This document shows, piece after piece, positions 36,324-50,722 of a stretch of DNA of 64,000 bases. Below the pieces are notes generated by a model. That model saw only the letters and a list, made by a program, of their open reading frames with translations, had not been told where the DNA came from and did not search any database. Origin of the DNA: Ptychomitrium polyphyllum (taxonomy: Eukaryota); contig OZ316776.1 in NCBI GenBank assembly GCA_973851085.1, forward strand, positions 12,524,001 to 12,588,000, written 5' to 3'. Numbering within the stretch: position 1 is the first letter of the stretch; the number at the start of each line of letters is the position of its first letter. The position numbers and the translations under genes were made by a program.

Positions 36324-37607
36324 ATGGCGTTAGCAACGCCCGTCTTCTGCAGCCCCACTGTCGCTACTCCATGTCGCAACGCTTCGAACGATGGGAGGAG
36401 AAGCCACGATAGAGTCAGACCAGAGTTTTCAGGAGCAGCCGTTGCCGTCGCCACCCGGGAGCCTCACGCTCCGCAATGGGACCACTGTCGCCACTCGTGT
36501 GCGTCGCGGCCTAGGGTTTCGTGCCTCATGGGAGGTGACAAGCGGGTACGTCAATCCTGGATTCAAGTGATATGCGCGATGTTTCACTTCGAGGTCACGT
36601 ATCTCGGATTAGCATTTGGCGCTTGGTTTAGGCCGTTGCGGTGGTGATTCTATGACTGCAGTGGAATTGTAGGCCGGTTCGAAAGGGATTGTCCACGGAC
36701 ATACTATGAACTGCTCGTCTTGTGATTCACTTGGTGGCCAGATTACCAGAATGCAACTTAGCTTGCGACGGAATCCTATTGTTAGCATTATTCTCTGACT
36801 AAATTTATTTGACATGGAGCCGCAGTCATGGTTGATACTTTTAGACTGCATCTGTCGGTCTTGTCTGTCTTAGGGCTATGGAACTCCCTATATGCAATTC
36901 AAGTTGTGTTGCCTTAGATGTTTAATATTCGTTCAAGTGATGCGATTGACAAGAGTTGCATTAAAACGAACATGCTATCTGAATAAAGACTATGTGATGC
37001 AGGATGCGGCACGAAAAGCCCTAGAAGCTGCACTTGGTGAGAAGAAAGATGCCTTCAGCAGGTGGGACGAAGAGATTAAGAAGAGGGAAGAAAGTGGCGG
37101 TGGTGGTGGACAGAGAGGAAGAGGCTGGGGGAGCGGAGGAGGTGGTGGAGGAGGTGGACGCAGTGATTCCAGTGGGGGTGGCCTACCAGCAATGCCCAGC
37201 AATTTCTGGGACGATGCGAAGCAGATGGTCATGGCTTTTCTGGGATTGACAGCTCTTGTAAGTTCTACAAGCACACTGATGCATTGATTTGCGACTACAA
37301 TTCTTCATTATTATGTTGCTGCGTGCCTGAACTTTGTTCCGATGACCCGATCTTAGTTTAAATGTGCGTGGTATGTATGGAAAGCTTGACCACATTTGGG
37401 GTGTTCTGGTGGGCGCAGTACTTGGTGTTGACGCAGGGGAAAAGCATGTTGGCTGTTTCTGTGAACTCAGCTCTCTATGTACTGCGTGGATTCAAGAAAT
37501 CTGGATCGTCTTCCTCTACCAGACGACAACCAGCTACGTCTAGTCCTATTGGTGATGGGCCTGGTCCTGCTGAATCTAGCGTAATGAGCAAGTGGGGCAG
37601 AGATTAA
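36324..37607 (+). CDS. Conserved uncharacterised plant glycine-rich membrane protein, probably plastid-targeted; 3 exons, 221 aa
   Basis: Exons 36324-36545, 37003-37257 and 37419-37607 join in frame with GT-AG introns. ARKALEAALGEKKDAFSRWDEEIKKREESGGG, a hydrophobic segment and C-terminal SVMSKWGRD recall Arabidopsis At5g20130-like proteins (from memory, not searched). Confidence 0.85.
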
Positions 37608-40600
37608 GCATCGGTGCTGCGAATTTTGTATCATGGTTGAATGACAACAATAGAAAATCACATTGCCGATTAGGGGGAGGGGTGATTAAAGACTCGAACG
37701 TTGTGAATTTGTCTTGATTTGCATGAAATCTGAATTAGCTGTTTGAGAGTTATTTAATTCTACAGTTTTGTACAGTACAGTATATTCTGAACGAAATCAT
37801 TAGCCTATTACATACACTTCTGTTCGACAGGTCCAGGTGCTACGACCAAATGTGATCTGTATCAACCTTCTTCATGTTAGCTCTTTCGGCTCTTCGTACC
37901 GAAAATGGGGTGTTCTTTGCAAAGCAGGGTATTCTTTCATTTGGAGAAGTACTTAGTTCTTGATTCACATGTTTGTGCAACTGATTCTCTCTTTTGCAGA
38001 GCATCTCATATGTAGGTAGGAACATCTGGTATGCATCTTTATCTTTTCAACATCCAGACTGTTTGCAATTCATTCAGAAGGCCATGATTTCTGCAGGGTG
38101 GTGAATTTTCAATTAGAAAATTTTCACACCTTATATACTAGACTATGCACCTGTCAACAATTTGGAATGTTTTCATCTGGGAATAAATTCGTGAATATTT
38201 TGCTCTTAAAATCTATTGCAAGTACAAAACCAAATGTGGAATCATAAGAACAATCACTCAATAGCATATGAGAGTATGCTAAATTTTCATAAATGATATA
38301 AACAAGAAGATCGATTTACTTCAATACACAACTTTCCACATTTTATATATGTTGTTTTATCAAGCAATGCTTTGATCAATGACAGATTTAAACAATATAT
38401 GTAACAATCAGACCATTGTCAGCTTCTATAGGAATGCTAAAATAGAATTAGAAACTCATAAATATCTTATATTATGCATAAATATAGAATTAAATCTTAA
38501 ATTTATTAAAATTTTCAAATTAAATAAACTTGTTTTCATTTTCAAATGAGATAAAAGAGATTCTTAAAGAAGATTGCTTCCTGTTTCTTTAAACATCAAT
38601 ATATTTAAATAAAGTTTGGTAACATTATATTCTTACATATAGTTAGGTATAGAGGATTGCCACCCTCTATACATATATTTTAACACTTGTGACTAACTTC
38701 ATTATTTGTAATATTTACTACATTCTTTCCCTCCAATAATTTCCATTCCTTCATTTTCTTCTCTTCAGAGTAAAAGTAATCCTTTCTCATTCCAAAATCG
38801 TTATATTCACATAAGCATCAATGTAGCGTGTTATTTACAATATTCAATAACCAGTCACACATACTCGCAGAACTTTAAGGAATTTTGAAACCATGAACAA
38901 GATATGTCTACAACTTCGAGGTTCCTGCAATTTTTGTCTTCAGAAAGCTTATCTGTGGAGTAAAGAAAAACGTGCAGAGTGGAGGATGAGTAAGCTTAGC
39001 AACAGAGTTGCACCACACTGTCGTAGGGACTGTTCCAGTGGTAGATTTCTTTCCTGGTGCGAGTATGTGTGAGATTGGGCCTTCAAGTGGATTGAGATAA
39101 TTTGGTGACATTCTCAGCAGCTTCTAGACATCTGCGTTCTCTCCATCTTCAAGTAAGTCTTTTTCGATTCACGTTTACAATTTACAGCATAGCTGTGGCA
39201 TTACGACATTGGTTGTGGTTGTCCAGCACATCCAACGTAAGCTACATGACATGGGCGGTTCGTTGCTTTCCTTGTCTGATTCTCAGAATAGGAAGCTGGA
39301 TCAGTTGTGGCACTAGTATTCTCTTGCGAAGGATCATCCTCTCCTTCGAATCCTGAGACCTGCGCGTCGACAAAGAATTACAGTAGTAGTTCTCTGCCAA
39401 GTCAATGCTGTCAATGGATTCTGATGCCACAAATGATGTTTCAGAAGCAAGTTTAAATGAAGTTCACCTCTAGAACGAAGCTGGAGGCAGTGGACTTGGT
39501 TCCGCATCTGCGGTACGGTGCTCGTCGATAAGCTCTCAAGTTTTATGTCATTATTTCAAAAGCATTGGCAATCAACGTCCTCCCTGTGTACTGTTTTGTA
39601 ATTTAAGGAGCCTTGTATGAGGGTTTGTTGTTGTTTGCAGGGGTTTGAGGAAGGACTACGTTGAAAGAGTGTTGATATTTTCTTAATGTAATGAACTGAT
39701 ACAGGTTTTGCTACTGTAATTTCATAATTATGTCACCTTCTAGTTTATGCAAGTCATGGCAGCCCATGCTTCCTACACAAACAGAACGAGCTTGCAGTAT
39801 TGTTGAAGAAGGCTTAATTTTACGTTCTAAACTTCAATTCTGAGGAGTTTTGTTTATGGGGGTTAGTGATTGTCACTTCCTTTGTAATTTGGTTTGAATT
39901 CAACGTATTGTGTATTTAGGGGGCTAGCAACCACCAACCCCCTCTTATTGTTGGAAAGGTTGGCCATTGCTACCCTTTTGAAGGGAGGTTTAAGTTTAGT
40001 TTTCCTTACATCAAGAGAGAACCATAACTTTGAACAGTTGCTATTTGTTTGAAGTGGTTAGTAATTTCTAACTTTCTAGGAAATATGTGAAGTTTATATA
40101 TTTGTTTTGATTTGTTAAAGACCTAAGTTAGGGCCAAATCAAAAGGTGATGAAAAGTTTTAAATCATAGTTTGTTAAAAAGCATAATTTTGTGCAATAGG
40201 CAAGGTTACCAAACATGACAATTTTGAGCAAAAATAGACTTATTGGTGATGCTTGTGGCAAGTGACATGACAAGCTTGTAAGTTTTGTTTTCAATTCATT
40301 GTAATCAACATTAATTTTAATTTTATTGTATATGCCCAAAAAAACATTAATAAAGACACTTGATAAAATTGAGGTAAACGACAATTATCATGTCATCAAA
40401 AATGCATTATTCAAAAAATAATGTGGCCAGTAAAGGAGAAATTGCTTGAAATGGATCATTCATGTACTCGTAGAACCTGCCAGTTACATCAGAAACCATT
40501 TTATAAGGTAGAAAAGGAAGGCGCATTAGATTCTGTGTGATCGTTTTAGAAGGGTAGTCTCCTCTATTGTTCTAAAATCCTATGATGATTGTACATGGTG

Positions 40601-41227
40601 ATTTGTACATACACTTGTAACGACTGAAAAAACTCTAAGACGAACAAGAAGAGAAATCTGTGAATTCAACGAATCGCCTTCAAGGAGTCACAAGTTACTT
40701 ACGGCTTTGAAATTTATTCTACAACTTTTGTTGTGGCAAGTGATTGCATTACAATCCAGGATAACAAGTTTAGTACATCAATTCCTAAATTGGTTAACAG
40801 TAATCTTCGATGAATGTTGTAATACATTTTCCCGACTAGAGCACTAGAAATTGAAGTTGTGTTCGATGAGGCACATTTTATATTCAACAGTTCTCTCTCT
40901 ACCCTTCAGCAGCCAGCAAGTTCTTGGATTCTATATCTGTCAGCGACTTTGTCCTCACTACTGTCACACGAAAGATAAATGAAAGACGTAACTAACAATC
41001 AGCATTAATCGAGATATATTCAATCAAAGATTTGGGTTGATTTCATAGGGCAACCTTTCACACTGCATGGCCTAAGAGTGATGAAAACTCAATGTCTCAC
41101 AACATGTGCAACCATTCAAAAAGCACACAGAACCTTACTACGACAATAAGAAACGTTTTGTCGGCAGATTGAGTATTTCCAGTGAGCATAAATGTACAGA
41201 TTGTTTTACATCTAAACTTGCATCAGC

Positions 41228-42330
41228 TCACGGCGCCAACGCGCTGGTATTGTACACTAAAAGTGCACCGCCAAGAAGGAGGCCGCCCAAAAGCGCTGCC
41301 CAGATAGCAAGCCCGGGAACACCTGCCAAAAGTAACAGAAATCCAGGACATCATTACAGAGTTCACATAAATACTCAACAGAAACCTGCGGCACTAGGAA
41401 CCAGATGCGTGACTCAAATGCACAAATCATTCAAAAATTCTTGTTGTTCGATCTCGTTTCTAGTGCGCCATGAATCATACCTTGATAACTTATTTCCATG
41501 CACGAAATGAATCAAGACTCATTCCTAGTAGTTTTCTAAATGAGAGGAGCTTAGTTGAAAGTAGCATTTGCATGTCGCGTACCTCCAGCATACACATCTC
41601 CGGACTTGGCCCACTCCTCCTTGTCGTAGATTGGACTGCAAGCAAACAATTTCAACAAATCTCAGCTAACTACTACTCTAAAGTACAAAACAAGCAGCGC
41701 ATGAGGCTGTGACATTGCTACGATGGGTTCCAAAACACGGAAAGAAACTCCTAAGTACATGCTTAGCACAAGCAATACCTGTAACCGTCGACATTTGCTC
41801 CGTACTTCTTCGAAAACTGGTAAACTCCCTTTCCCTGAACAAAAACACGAGCTGATTGTAAACTAACACAAACAAAAGGCGACGAAACAAATAGCATGCC
41901 GTTTAGCCAAAAACTCTTCCCCGCTGCCTACAGCGCAAAAGACGCCCCGTTGTACTCACCTTCGGCACTCTGCCGTTCGCATCAACTCCTCTCTTGAACT
42001 TCAAATCACCGGACGGACCTACAAAAAGCACACCACCGCGTAAGACAAAAAAACTCTGTCGTGCCCATGTCAGAAGCATAATCACCAAACGTGCATGCGA
42101 TCGAACGCATGCAAAGGGTTCGAGCCTCCTCACACAGACCACCCACCTAGAGGCTCCTTCGGGATGACCTTTCTCGTCTTCGCCTCCACTCGCAACGAGG
42201 ATGACCTCTTGGATGTCCTCAACGCAGGCAACCCAGCTTGGACAGCCTCTCCAGTAAACGACGTCTTCTTTAGCATAGACGGAGGACTACTAGGAAGCAC
42301 TGAGATCGCGCACACTGAGGTCCCGGCCAT
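41228..42330 (-). CDS. PSBR: Photosystem II 10 kDa polypeptide PsbR, chloroplast precursor; 5 exons, 148 aa
   Basis: Exons 42330-42147, 42018-41960, 41834-41779, 41635-41583 and 41322-41228. [62 protein letters not shown] is the PsbR signature. Confidence 0.97.
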
Positions 42331-43037
42331 GACTGCAGATCGGATCAAGCTCTCCTCGCAATGCAACTGCAACTGTAACGACGATCGATCGCAACGCAAC
42401 TCTTGTGCTTCCACTCTCGCGACGACTTCGAGCGTCTCTTTCCTTTGTAATGTCCCAACCAGCACCCCAAACCGTGACTATGATCTAAGGCCGACATTGT
42501 CTACTACGGGCCTACATTTCAGCTCTCCGTTTCTACGCCTGTCGTAGATAATTCCATAACAATCAGGCTTCTGTTTAAAGAAACAACAGTTTAATCAACC
42601 GAGCCCGTAGTTTTCGTTGACGAGGTCGGCTTTAGGTGCAGTGACGGTTTTCAGATCGATTATTTGCTGCAAGAGAGTCCCATGCCGAGTCGGACAGCTG
42701 CAGTTCCTGAATTGGGACAGTATATTAAACTGTGTGTATGAGTCGATGGCGTACATCTGGGATGCACGAATCTATGATTATCCCAAGTGGTTGTGGTGGT
42801 TAGATATATGACGGAGTTCGGGTACAAATCCTTGGGGTACGAGCCAAGTAGGACAAATAAGACGATCTAATCCCGTCTTCCACTTGGCGGTCAATGATGG
42901 GCCAATGAGGATTTTCTGCTGATCTGGACCGTCGTTTGGAGTGGGTTTATCTACCACGCGCCTGTGTGAGAGGACCGTACTGTAAGTCGGGGTGGGGAAG
43001 GCGGTGAGACCGGGTACTCGCGGGTATGGGCGGTGTT

Positions 43038-43043
43038 CACGTG
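43038..43043. promoter_or_regulatory. G-box CACGTG ~700 bp upstream of the PSBR start codon
   Basis: CACGTGGC seen directly. A light-responsive role is inference. Confidence 0.4.
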
Positions 43044-43315
43044 GCTGGGTATCGGTTTCGAGTTCTAATTGGCTCTTTTTCCCACGCTAGTGCATGCAAC
43101 TCAGACGAAGTGGGGGTTTCATTTTTTCTTCTGGATGCTTCTGGAGAGCGGGGCTTTTAGTGGAATTTATTTTTCCTTTAAATAAATGAAGTGAGCCTTC
43201 ATTGCACAGTAACAGCTTATAATACACCACGCCGCAACCACGGCGCCCTGCATCAGCGGGAGACAAAAGAGGACCAACCTTGCAAGGTAAGGGAAAAAAT
43301 CCAATTGGAGTACCC

Positions 43316-43780
43316 TTAACTGGGTGGGTGATAATCCCATAGAACTCTACTACTACTCAAGTGAACAAAGAAAAAAAAGATTTCTACACCACTACTTATC
43401 CAACTATTTCTTAAGACGATTGCTGGTCTTCCGAAGATGAGGCTTGATATGTTTTCCAGTGTGCAACCAGGCTGTCCAGCCATGATCCATTGTGTAATTC
43501 CAAATGAGCCCTTCCAATTTTCAATAAAGCGAATCCTCATTTGTATAGACCTTAGGAAGGCAATCAAGCCAAACTAGCCAAAAGACCAAATAATTTTCCA
43601 ATCATTGAACTTGTCAAAATCTGCAATCTGATATGACACTGTTGTTAAATGAAGGAAGTTCAAGCTTTGTCCATAGGATGTATTTATTTTCAAAAGTGTC
43701 CATCCTACTATTGCCATAAGATGTTCAAAAATATGTAAAGTGTAATTTCTGCATAGCTTGTAGAATTGCAAATGATATAG
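43316..43780 (-). mobile_element. Possible decayed LINE ORF2 C-terminal remnant
   Basis: Trp-rich fragments (DWKIIWSF; alternate frame KLEGLIWNYTMDHGWTAW) resemble the IW..DYGR..W tail of plant L1-like elements. Weak. Confidence 0.3.
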
Positions 43781-45309
43781 TTTTTATTATATTTAAGATT
43801 TTCAATAAATTTTATACTACCAAACTTATGGAGAAATGCTCCCATTTCAAATGACCTATGGTTTCAAATTTTAGGTCTCACTATAATCTAGCTAACGATG
43901 ATGATGCTCAAAGTTTAAAGCCAAAACTATAATAGAATGGAAACAATCTTGCATGACTTTGGCTTTCCAAAATTTATTGTGAAATCCACATTTAGTTAAA
44001 ACCTTGATAAACAAATGATACTTACTCTTGGATTTATATCAGAACTATACAAATTTAATACAAATTTAATATTGGTGCATTGTAATAAAATAAGAAAAAA
44101 GTTGTTGCTTCTAGAAGTTGTTTCTTGCACCAAACTTCATTCCAATTGAAATAATAAGCAACAAAAAAAAAGCCTTAAATTTATTAAATATGAATCTAAT
44201 AAGATTTTTTTTGATTTAATTGGCTATTTACCTAGTTTGATTGAATTTAACTATGAATCTATGAAATTTCTCATATTTAAACCACATCCATTTTCTAATT
44301 TTAAAAGAATATAAAAACAATGAACCTATGGAAAATAAGGAGGATTTGATATTTTAATAACAACTTCTAATGATATTTAGAAATTAAATTATATTTAAAT
44401 ATATGTCTAAAAAGAATGATCCAATATGTAATGATTTAAGAATCATTGGCTTTTATTCTATCTTACAACATAAAATGATAGGTTGGAAGGAATGTCAAAC
44501 AAGAACGTTATTTTATCAATGAAAAGGTATAATTCTTATTTTTAGAAAAAATCTTTCAAAAAATGATCATTTAAAAAACAAATACGCCTAAAAAAGAAAA
44601 AGAGAAATCTGCATTTTAGATACCATTTCTTGTATTTTCCAATAGAAATGTCATCTATATGCTTCAAATTTCAAAGTATATTGAATATACTTCCATGAAT
44701 AAAAGTACTGATTTGATGAACCACAAATCCATTGATTATGTCCATTAGTTTAAAAAATAAAAGACTGTAGTTTTTTTTGTAAAATTATAACAGAATGCAA
44801 AGAAATATATACTCCATCAAAATCTAGTACCTAAAATTTTGTGTTAATTAACTGGTGCAAATTTAATTACCATTAATTTTTGCCATTCTTGAATAATTCA
44901 TTTTTTAAGTTAAATAAATGTTGCTAAAGATTCTTAATAATCCAATTAGAAGATAAATAGCATAAATAGCTTCTTTTAGATTAATTGGTTTTAAACCAAT
45001 TGTGTTTTTAGTTGTACAATTATTAAACCATATTACTTGAATAATGCTTCCATCTTTGTAACTTAACCGAAGATAATTCATAGATATAATAATTTTATAT
45101 ATGATTCATTTGCACCTTTTTAAACCAAAAATATGTCATGGTATTGATGAAAGACTACAATTGACCACTATTGCTTTTGTAGTTGAGGATAAGTTAGTAG
45201 TTGTCTATGCTATTTTTTTATTCTTTGGAAGTAAAATTTGATTTACATCCTTTATCAGTAAAGAGAGAGAACAAAGAAAACTTTTGATTTATTGTACTAT
45301 ATTATGTTG

Positions 45310-47400
45310 TTAACAAAAACTTTGGATTCCAGAACCTTGAAGGTTGAATCCTTGCAAATTTTTAAGACCCCAAAAAGAAGTGGGCACTACTTTGAGCTCT
45401 CTGCAGTAACTCACATCCAACTTTTCTAAGCAAGTAAGTTCACTAAACGATTCTGGCAAACTCCAAAGTCCAGAACCTTGAAGGTTAAGCTCCTGCAGTC
45501 TTTTGAGGCCTCCAAAAGAATTGGACACCATTTTGAGCTGTGAACAATACCTCAGATCTAGGTTCTCCAAGTTTGTAAGCTCACCAAAAGATTCGGGTAG
45601 GCTTTGGATTCTAGAATGTTGAAGATGAAGCTTCTGCAAGTTTCTAAGACGTCCAAAAGAATTGGGCACCATTTTGAGCTGTAAACAATTGCTCAAATCT
45701 AAGTTTTTTAAGTTTGTAAGCTTACCAAAAGACTCTAGCAAATTCTCAATTCCAGAACCTTGTAGCTGAAGCTTTTGCAGATTTTTGAGATCTCCAAAAG
45801 AACTAGGCATCGTCTTGAGCTCTACACAATAACTCAAATCCAATTCTTCCAAGTTGGTAAGGTCACCAAAAGACTCCGGTAGACTCTCAATTTTAGAATG
45901 TTGAAGCTGAAGCTCTTCTAAATTTCTAAGGCCTCCAAAGGAACTAGGCACTATTTTGAGATGTGAACAATAACTCAAATCCAATTTTTTCAAGTTTGTG
46001 AGTTCATTAAAAAACTTCGGCAAACTCTCAATTTGAGAATGATCAAGGTCAAGCTCATCCAAAGATTTTAGACCCCCAAAGGAATTGGGCATCATTTTGG
46101 GATGTGAGCAATAACTTAAATCCAACTTTTCTAAGTTTATAAGCTTGCTAAAAGACTTTGGCAAACTCTCAATTTGAGAATGATTAAGGTCAAGCCCGTC
46201 CAAACTTTTTAGACCCCCAAAAGAATTGGGCACTATTTTGAGTTGTAAACAATATCTCAAATCCAACTTTTTCAAGTTTGTAAGTTCACCAAAAGAATGT
46301 GGCAAATTCTTAATTCCTGAATGTTGAAGGTAAAGCTCTTCCAAAGTTTTGAGATTGCCAAAAGAATTGGGTAGTACTCTCTACACAAGATCCTAGATCC
46401 AACTTTTCCAAATTGATAAGCTCACCAAAGGACTCTGGCAAACTCTCAATTTCAGAATGTTGAAAATGAAGTTCTTGTAAATTTTTGAGACCACCAAACG
46501 AACTTGGCACCCTTCTAAGTTGTAAACAATTGTTCAAATACAACTTTTTCAAGTTTCCAAGTTCACCAAAAGACTTTGGCAAATTCTCAATTCCAGAATG
46601 TTGAAGTTGAAGCTTCTTCAAATTTGTAAGTCTTCCAAAATTATTGGACACAATTTTGAAATGTAAACAATTGCTTAGATTCAACTTTTTCAAGTTTGTA
46701 AGCTCACCAAAAGAATGTGACAAATTCTCGATTTTAGAATGTTGAACTTGGAGCTTTTGCAATCTTTTGAGACCTCCAAAAGAATTAGGCACCATTTCAA
46801 GTTGTGAACAATATCTCAAGTTTAAGTTTTCCAAGTTTGTAAGCTCACCAAAAGACTTCGGCAAACTTTGGATTCCTGAACATTGAAAGTCAAGCTCTTG
46901 TAAGTTTGTAAGACCTCCAAAAGTGTTGGGCACTACTTTGAGTTGTAAACAATTGCTCAAATATAACTTTTTTTAGTTCTTAAGCTCACCAAAAGACTTT
47001 GGTAAACTCTCAATTCCAGAATCTTGAAGCTGAAGCTCTTGCAAATTTTTTAGGCTTCCAAAAGAACTAGGCATCATTTTAATACCTTAAATCCAACTTT
47101 TCTAAGTGGATAAGCTCACCAAAAGACTCCGGCAAACTTTTAATTCTAGAATATTTAAAGATGAGCTCCTGTAATTTTGTGAGATTTCCAAGAGAACACT
47201 TTGAGATGTGCAGAATACCTCAGATATAACTTTTCCAGGTTGGTAAGCTTTCCAAAAGACTCTGGTAAACACTTGAGTCCAGAAAAATGAAGGTCAAGCT
47301 CTTGTAAATTTTTGAGACCTCCAAAAGGCTCTGGTAGCATTGTTAGTTCTGTAAAATATTTAAGGTTCAACACTTCCAACTTTCTTAAGTTTCCAAAAGA
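45310..47400 (-). repeat. LRR-coding tandem array with 141-bp period (23-aa + 24-aa pair), about 14-15 periods
   Basis: For example CAAACTCTCAATTTGAGAATGAT at 46021 and 46162. Units alternate LxxLxLQHSxIESLPxSFGELTN / LxxLDLSYCxxLKxVPxSFGGLKN. Confidence 0.9.
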
Positions 47401-49845
47401 TTCCAGCACATTCTGACTATTAAAACCTCTCAAATTTAAGATCACCAACTTATTATTTCGAGGTATTGCAAAATTAAAATTTCCATGTGTATGCCCCCGA
47501 CCTTTGCCAATCAAACCAGCACAAAGATCTTGGAAACCCAGATGTCACACTTATGCTTTGACCACATATTAATATGCGTAATTTTTTCATGTGTACCACA
47601 TTTAGAGTGTATTCAGGGCAATCATTCTCATATTTGTCATCTTTGAAGATAACAAGTGTTTCAAGGGATCCGACAATGCCTGCAAATAAGTTATGCATTA
47701 GAAGTAATTAATATCAAACATTACATAATATATGAATTGAAGAAGATGTTTTTGGCTTTAATTCACATAAGTGAAATTTGCACATCATAATACAATAATA
47801 CCATATTCTAACACTATTGAATGCATTTAACATGTACATATTTCATGTTTCATAAATCTTTGTAGATTAATTTCTCAATAGTAAACTAATAAAGAAGATC
47901 AACAAACATGCATGGAAAAACATACCTCATCATCTTCAAGCAGTGATAAAGATTCTGGCATCCATAAGCATTTACAAATTCCATTACTTTGTCTTTCTTT
48001 CATAATAATCTTACACCCCATATCCTTCAAATGATTGTGCATCTTAAAGTTTCCATCTTCCCCACTATAATCAATGCCTTTTCAATAAGGCTCTATACAC
48101 CCAATGTAGCACCCCAACCATGAGAGTTCCACATATGGATAGCCAAATCTTTTGATTGTCCAAGTAATGTACATGCAATATCCAAAAACATTCCTTGTTG
48201 TTCATATTGAAGAGCATCATAGCTAATTTGGAGACAACCAAAGATTTTATCTTCATCCATTATACTACCGCGGTTCAATTTCTTCATCACGTCTTTCCAA
48301 ATGTTCAAATCTTCCTCATCCTTCAAAAGAGCTCCACACACTTTTAGCACCAACGGAACCCTTCCACATGCCGCACTAATATTTGTGACCAACTTTTCAA
48401 CTCCTTGCTTCACGTTCCCATAACTTCCAAACGCGTAAGATGCAAATAATTGTTTAGAGTCTACATTGCTTAGTGCTTGAACATCATGAATATGCACTTC
48501 ATGACTAATATCAAATGAAGTCAAATTTTCAAATACACGTCTATCACGAGTTGTCACTATGCACACACTACCTTTTAACAACATTTTGCGAGATATCCAA
48601 AATCCCATCTCATGTTTGTTATGAACATCATCCAAGACCAAAAGAATTTGCTTCTCACATAACCTTTCTTCAAGAATGGATTTTCCATAGGATTTGTCAT
48701 CAATTTGTGTTGGTCCATTTGAGCACAAGTCTTTCAAGATACGATTTTGCACTCTTGCTATACCACCTTGATTCACCTTCTTAGTGACATCTTCAACATA
48801 ACAAGTAGAATCAAACTCTCTTTTGCACAACTGATTGTAAACCTCCCTTGCCAATGTTGACTTTCCAATTCCATCCATGCCCCACAATCCCAAAATCAAA
48901 ATTTTCTTGTCACCATTAGGAGTGTCAAGGATTTGAATGACCTCACTTGCTACTTGTGTGACACCAATGGCATATTCACCTACATCCAATGGAAGTGGCT
49001 TGTTGGCCAGTTCAGTTACCTTACAGACAACCTTCGTCACCAAATCTCCTTGCAACCTACAAACAAAATCATAGAGTACATGAATATCTAACTACAATAA
49101 TAGTTTCATTCTAAGCAAATGTCATATCACATTAGGTGTCAATATTTACCTCTTATCTGCATCTGAGTACTCCCATCCCATAAGTCTTGATGTTTGTTCA
49201 AGATCTGCTTTCCATTGATCAATGTCTTTCTTTTCATATCGGCTCTTCAATTTCTCAAACCCATCTTTCAATTGACCACTTTCAGGGAACCTCACTTCGC
49301 TTGGTCGTACATTAAAGAAGATTGGTAGCACCTTCACGCTAGGAGTGTGCAACATTATGTGCAATTCCTTCATACACCACACTGACTGCAAAATTCTTTG
49401 AAAAGACAACCACAGCTATGGGAGTCGTCTTGATGGCACGCTCTATATGTTCCCAACTATCGTCACCAATATCAATGGATTTGCAATCTAAAAATGACCG
49501 TAGACCACTTGCATCCAAGTCCTTTTGTAGAAAACTCACAAAGTCTTTCTTTGTATCAGGGCCTCGATGGCTTATGAAAACATCATACTTTGCAAACCCA
49601 ACTGCACAATACGACAGCGGGCAAATACATTAAATGAAGAAAGAGTAAGCCCAACTTATCAACTCATATTGCCAGTCATGTTCAAATTTTTTTAAGAGTA
49701 AACAAAGCTATTGAAAGATGAATAATATCACAAAAGACTCACCGGTACTTGTATTCTCTCTATCTTCTATCACAGGCAATTTCTGGGGATAACAAACGTC
49801 ACTCTCCATGGCTCCTGGCACGCTTCTACTTTGATAGTTCTGCAT
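45310..49845 (-). pseudogene. TIR-NB-ARC-LRR (TNL) immune receptor pseudogene
   Basis: Putative exons 49845-49743, 49601-49150 (TIR: YDVFISHRGPDTK..WCMKEL, frameshift ~49388), 49056-47926 (P-loop GMDGIGKS, LLVLDDV, IVTTRD, GRVPLVL, stop 48093, MHN) and 47679-45310 (LRRs with several frameshifts and stops). Confidence 0.93.
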
Positions 49846-50120
49846 CCAAATTGGTAACAATGATTGTAAGAAAAGGATGAGAAGTTAGCGATCTTGACGA
49901 GAAATTTAGTCTGACTTTTTACCCGCCCCGCCCCCCTCGTTCTGATCTCTTTCTATCCCATCAGCATTCAGGTTCTTAGAAAGATCCCACACAGCATCAC
50001 ACACATCTCTGTCGGTATGAACGTTATTCATCTAGAATCATCAGAACCCTAAGACTCTATTGTCGGCAAAACGTTCTTATCATGCACTCCAAAACCTTAA
50101 AATGTTCTCAACTCCTCCCG

Positions 50121-50200
50121 ACTAACTGCTAAGGAAGAGATCGTCAAGTGATAGATTGCAACTAACTGCTGACGAGGAGATCATCAAGCGATAGATTGCA
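50121..50200. repeat. 40-bp tandem duplication
   Basis: ACTAACTGCT..GAGATCRTCAAGYGATAGATTGCA at 50121 and 50161. Confidence 0.85.
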
Positions 50201-50722
50201 AGAAGACTAGGTTCGTCACTCACAGAGCGACCAACAGCGGCACACAACAGTCAAACCACAAGAGCCCTACAGTAGCCCACAAAGAGCCCTGCAATCGATC
50301 TTGTGAGCGGCCTGAGAATGGTCGCTAGACCGACACCGAAGTATCACAGGAGTGGGTGTTGGGAGCATGTACACGCTTACCTCTCCTTCCAGTCTGCAAC
50401 TGGAAAATGTGCTCCGCGCAGAACTGCAACAGCCGACGAAATGGGTCAGCAAAGAGCGCAGCAGGGTGATGCGCACCGTGGTTGCGGATCTAGAAGAAAC
50501 GAGTCAAGTGTCGCGGCTTTCTCCCCCCCACAGTCGTAGTCTGTTCCGTGAAGGATGCAGCAGGCCGGCCAGCGCAGAAAGACGACACTCCATCGATACC
50601 CGGATTTATCGGGTTGATACTCAGGTGGTGCATTATACAGTAGACAAGATTTAGTCTGTCTAAGCTTCTTATGCAGCTTTCTCATGATCTATGGCCGGTC
50701 ACATCTTATCACTTTCTAACAA

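Noticed and set aside
50352..50654. 100-aa ORF divergent from the TNL as a paired-NLR partner
   Set aside because: No recognisable domain and no supportable exon chain.
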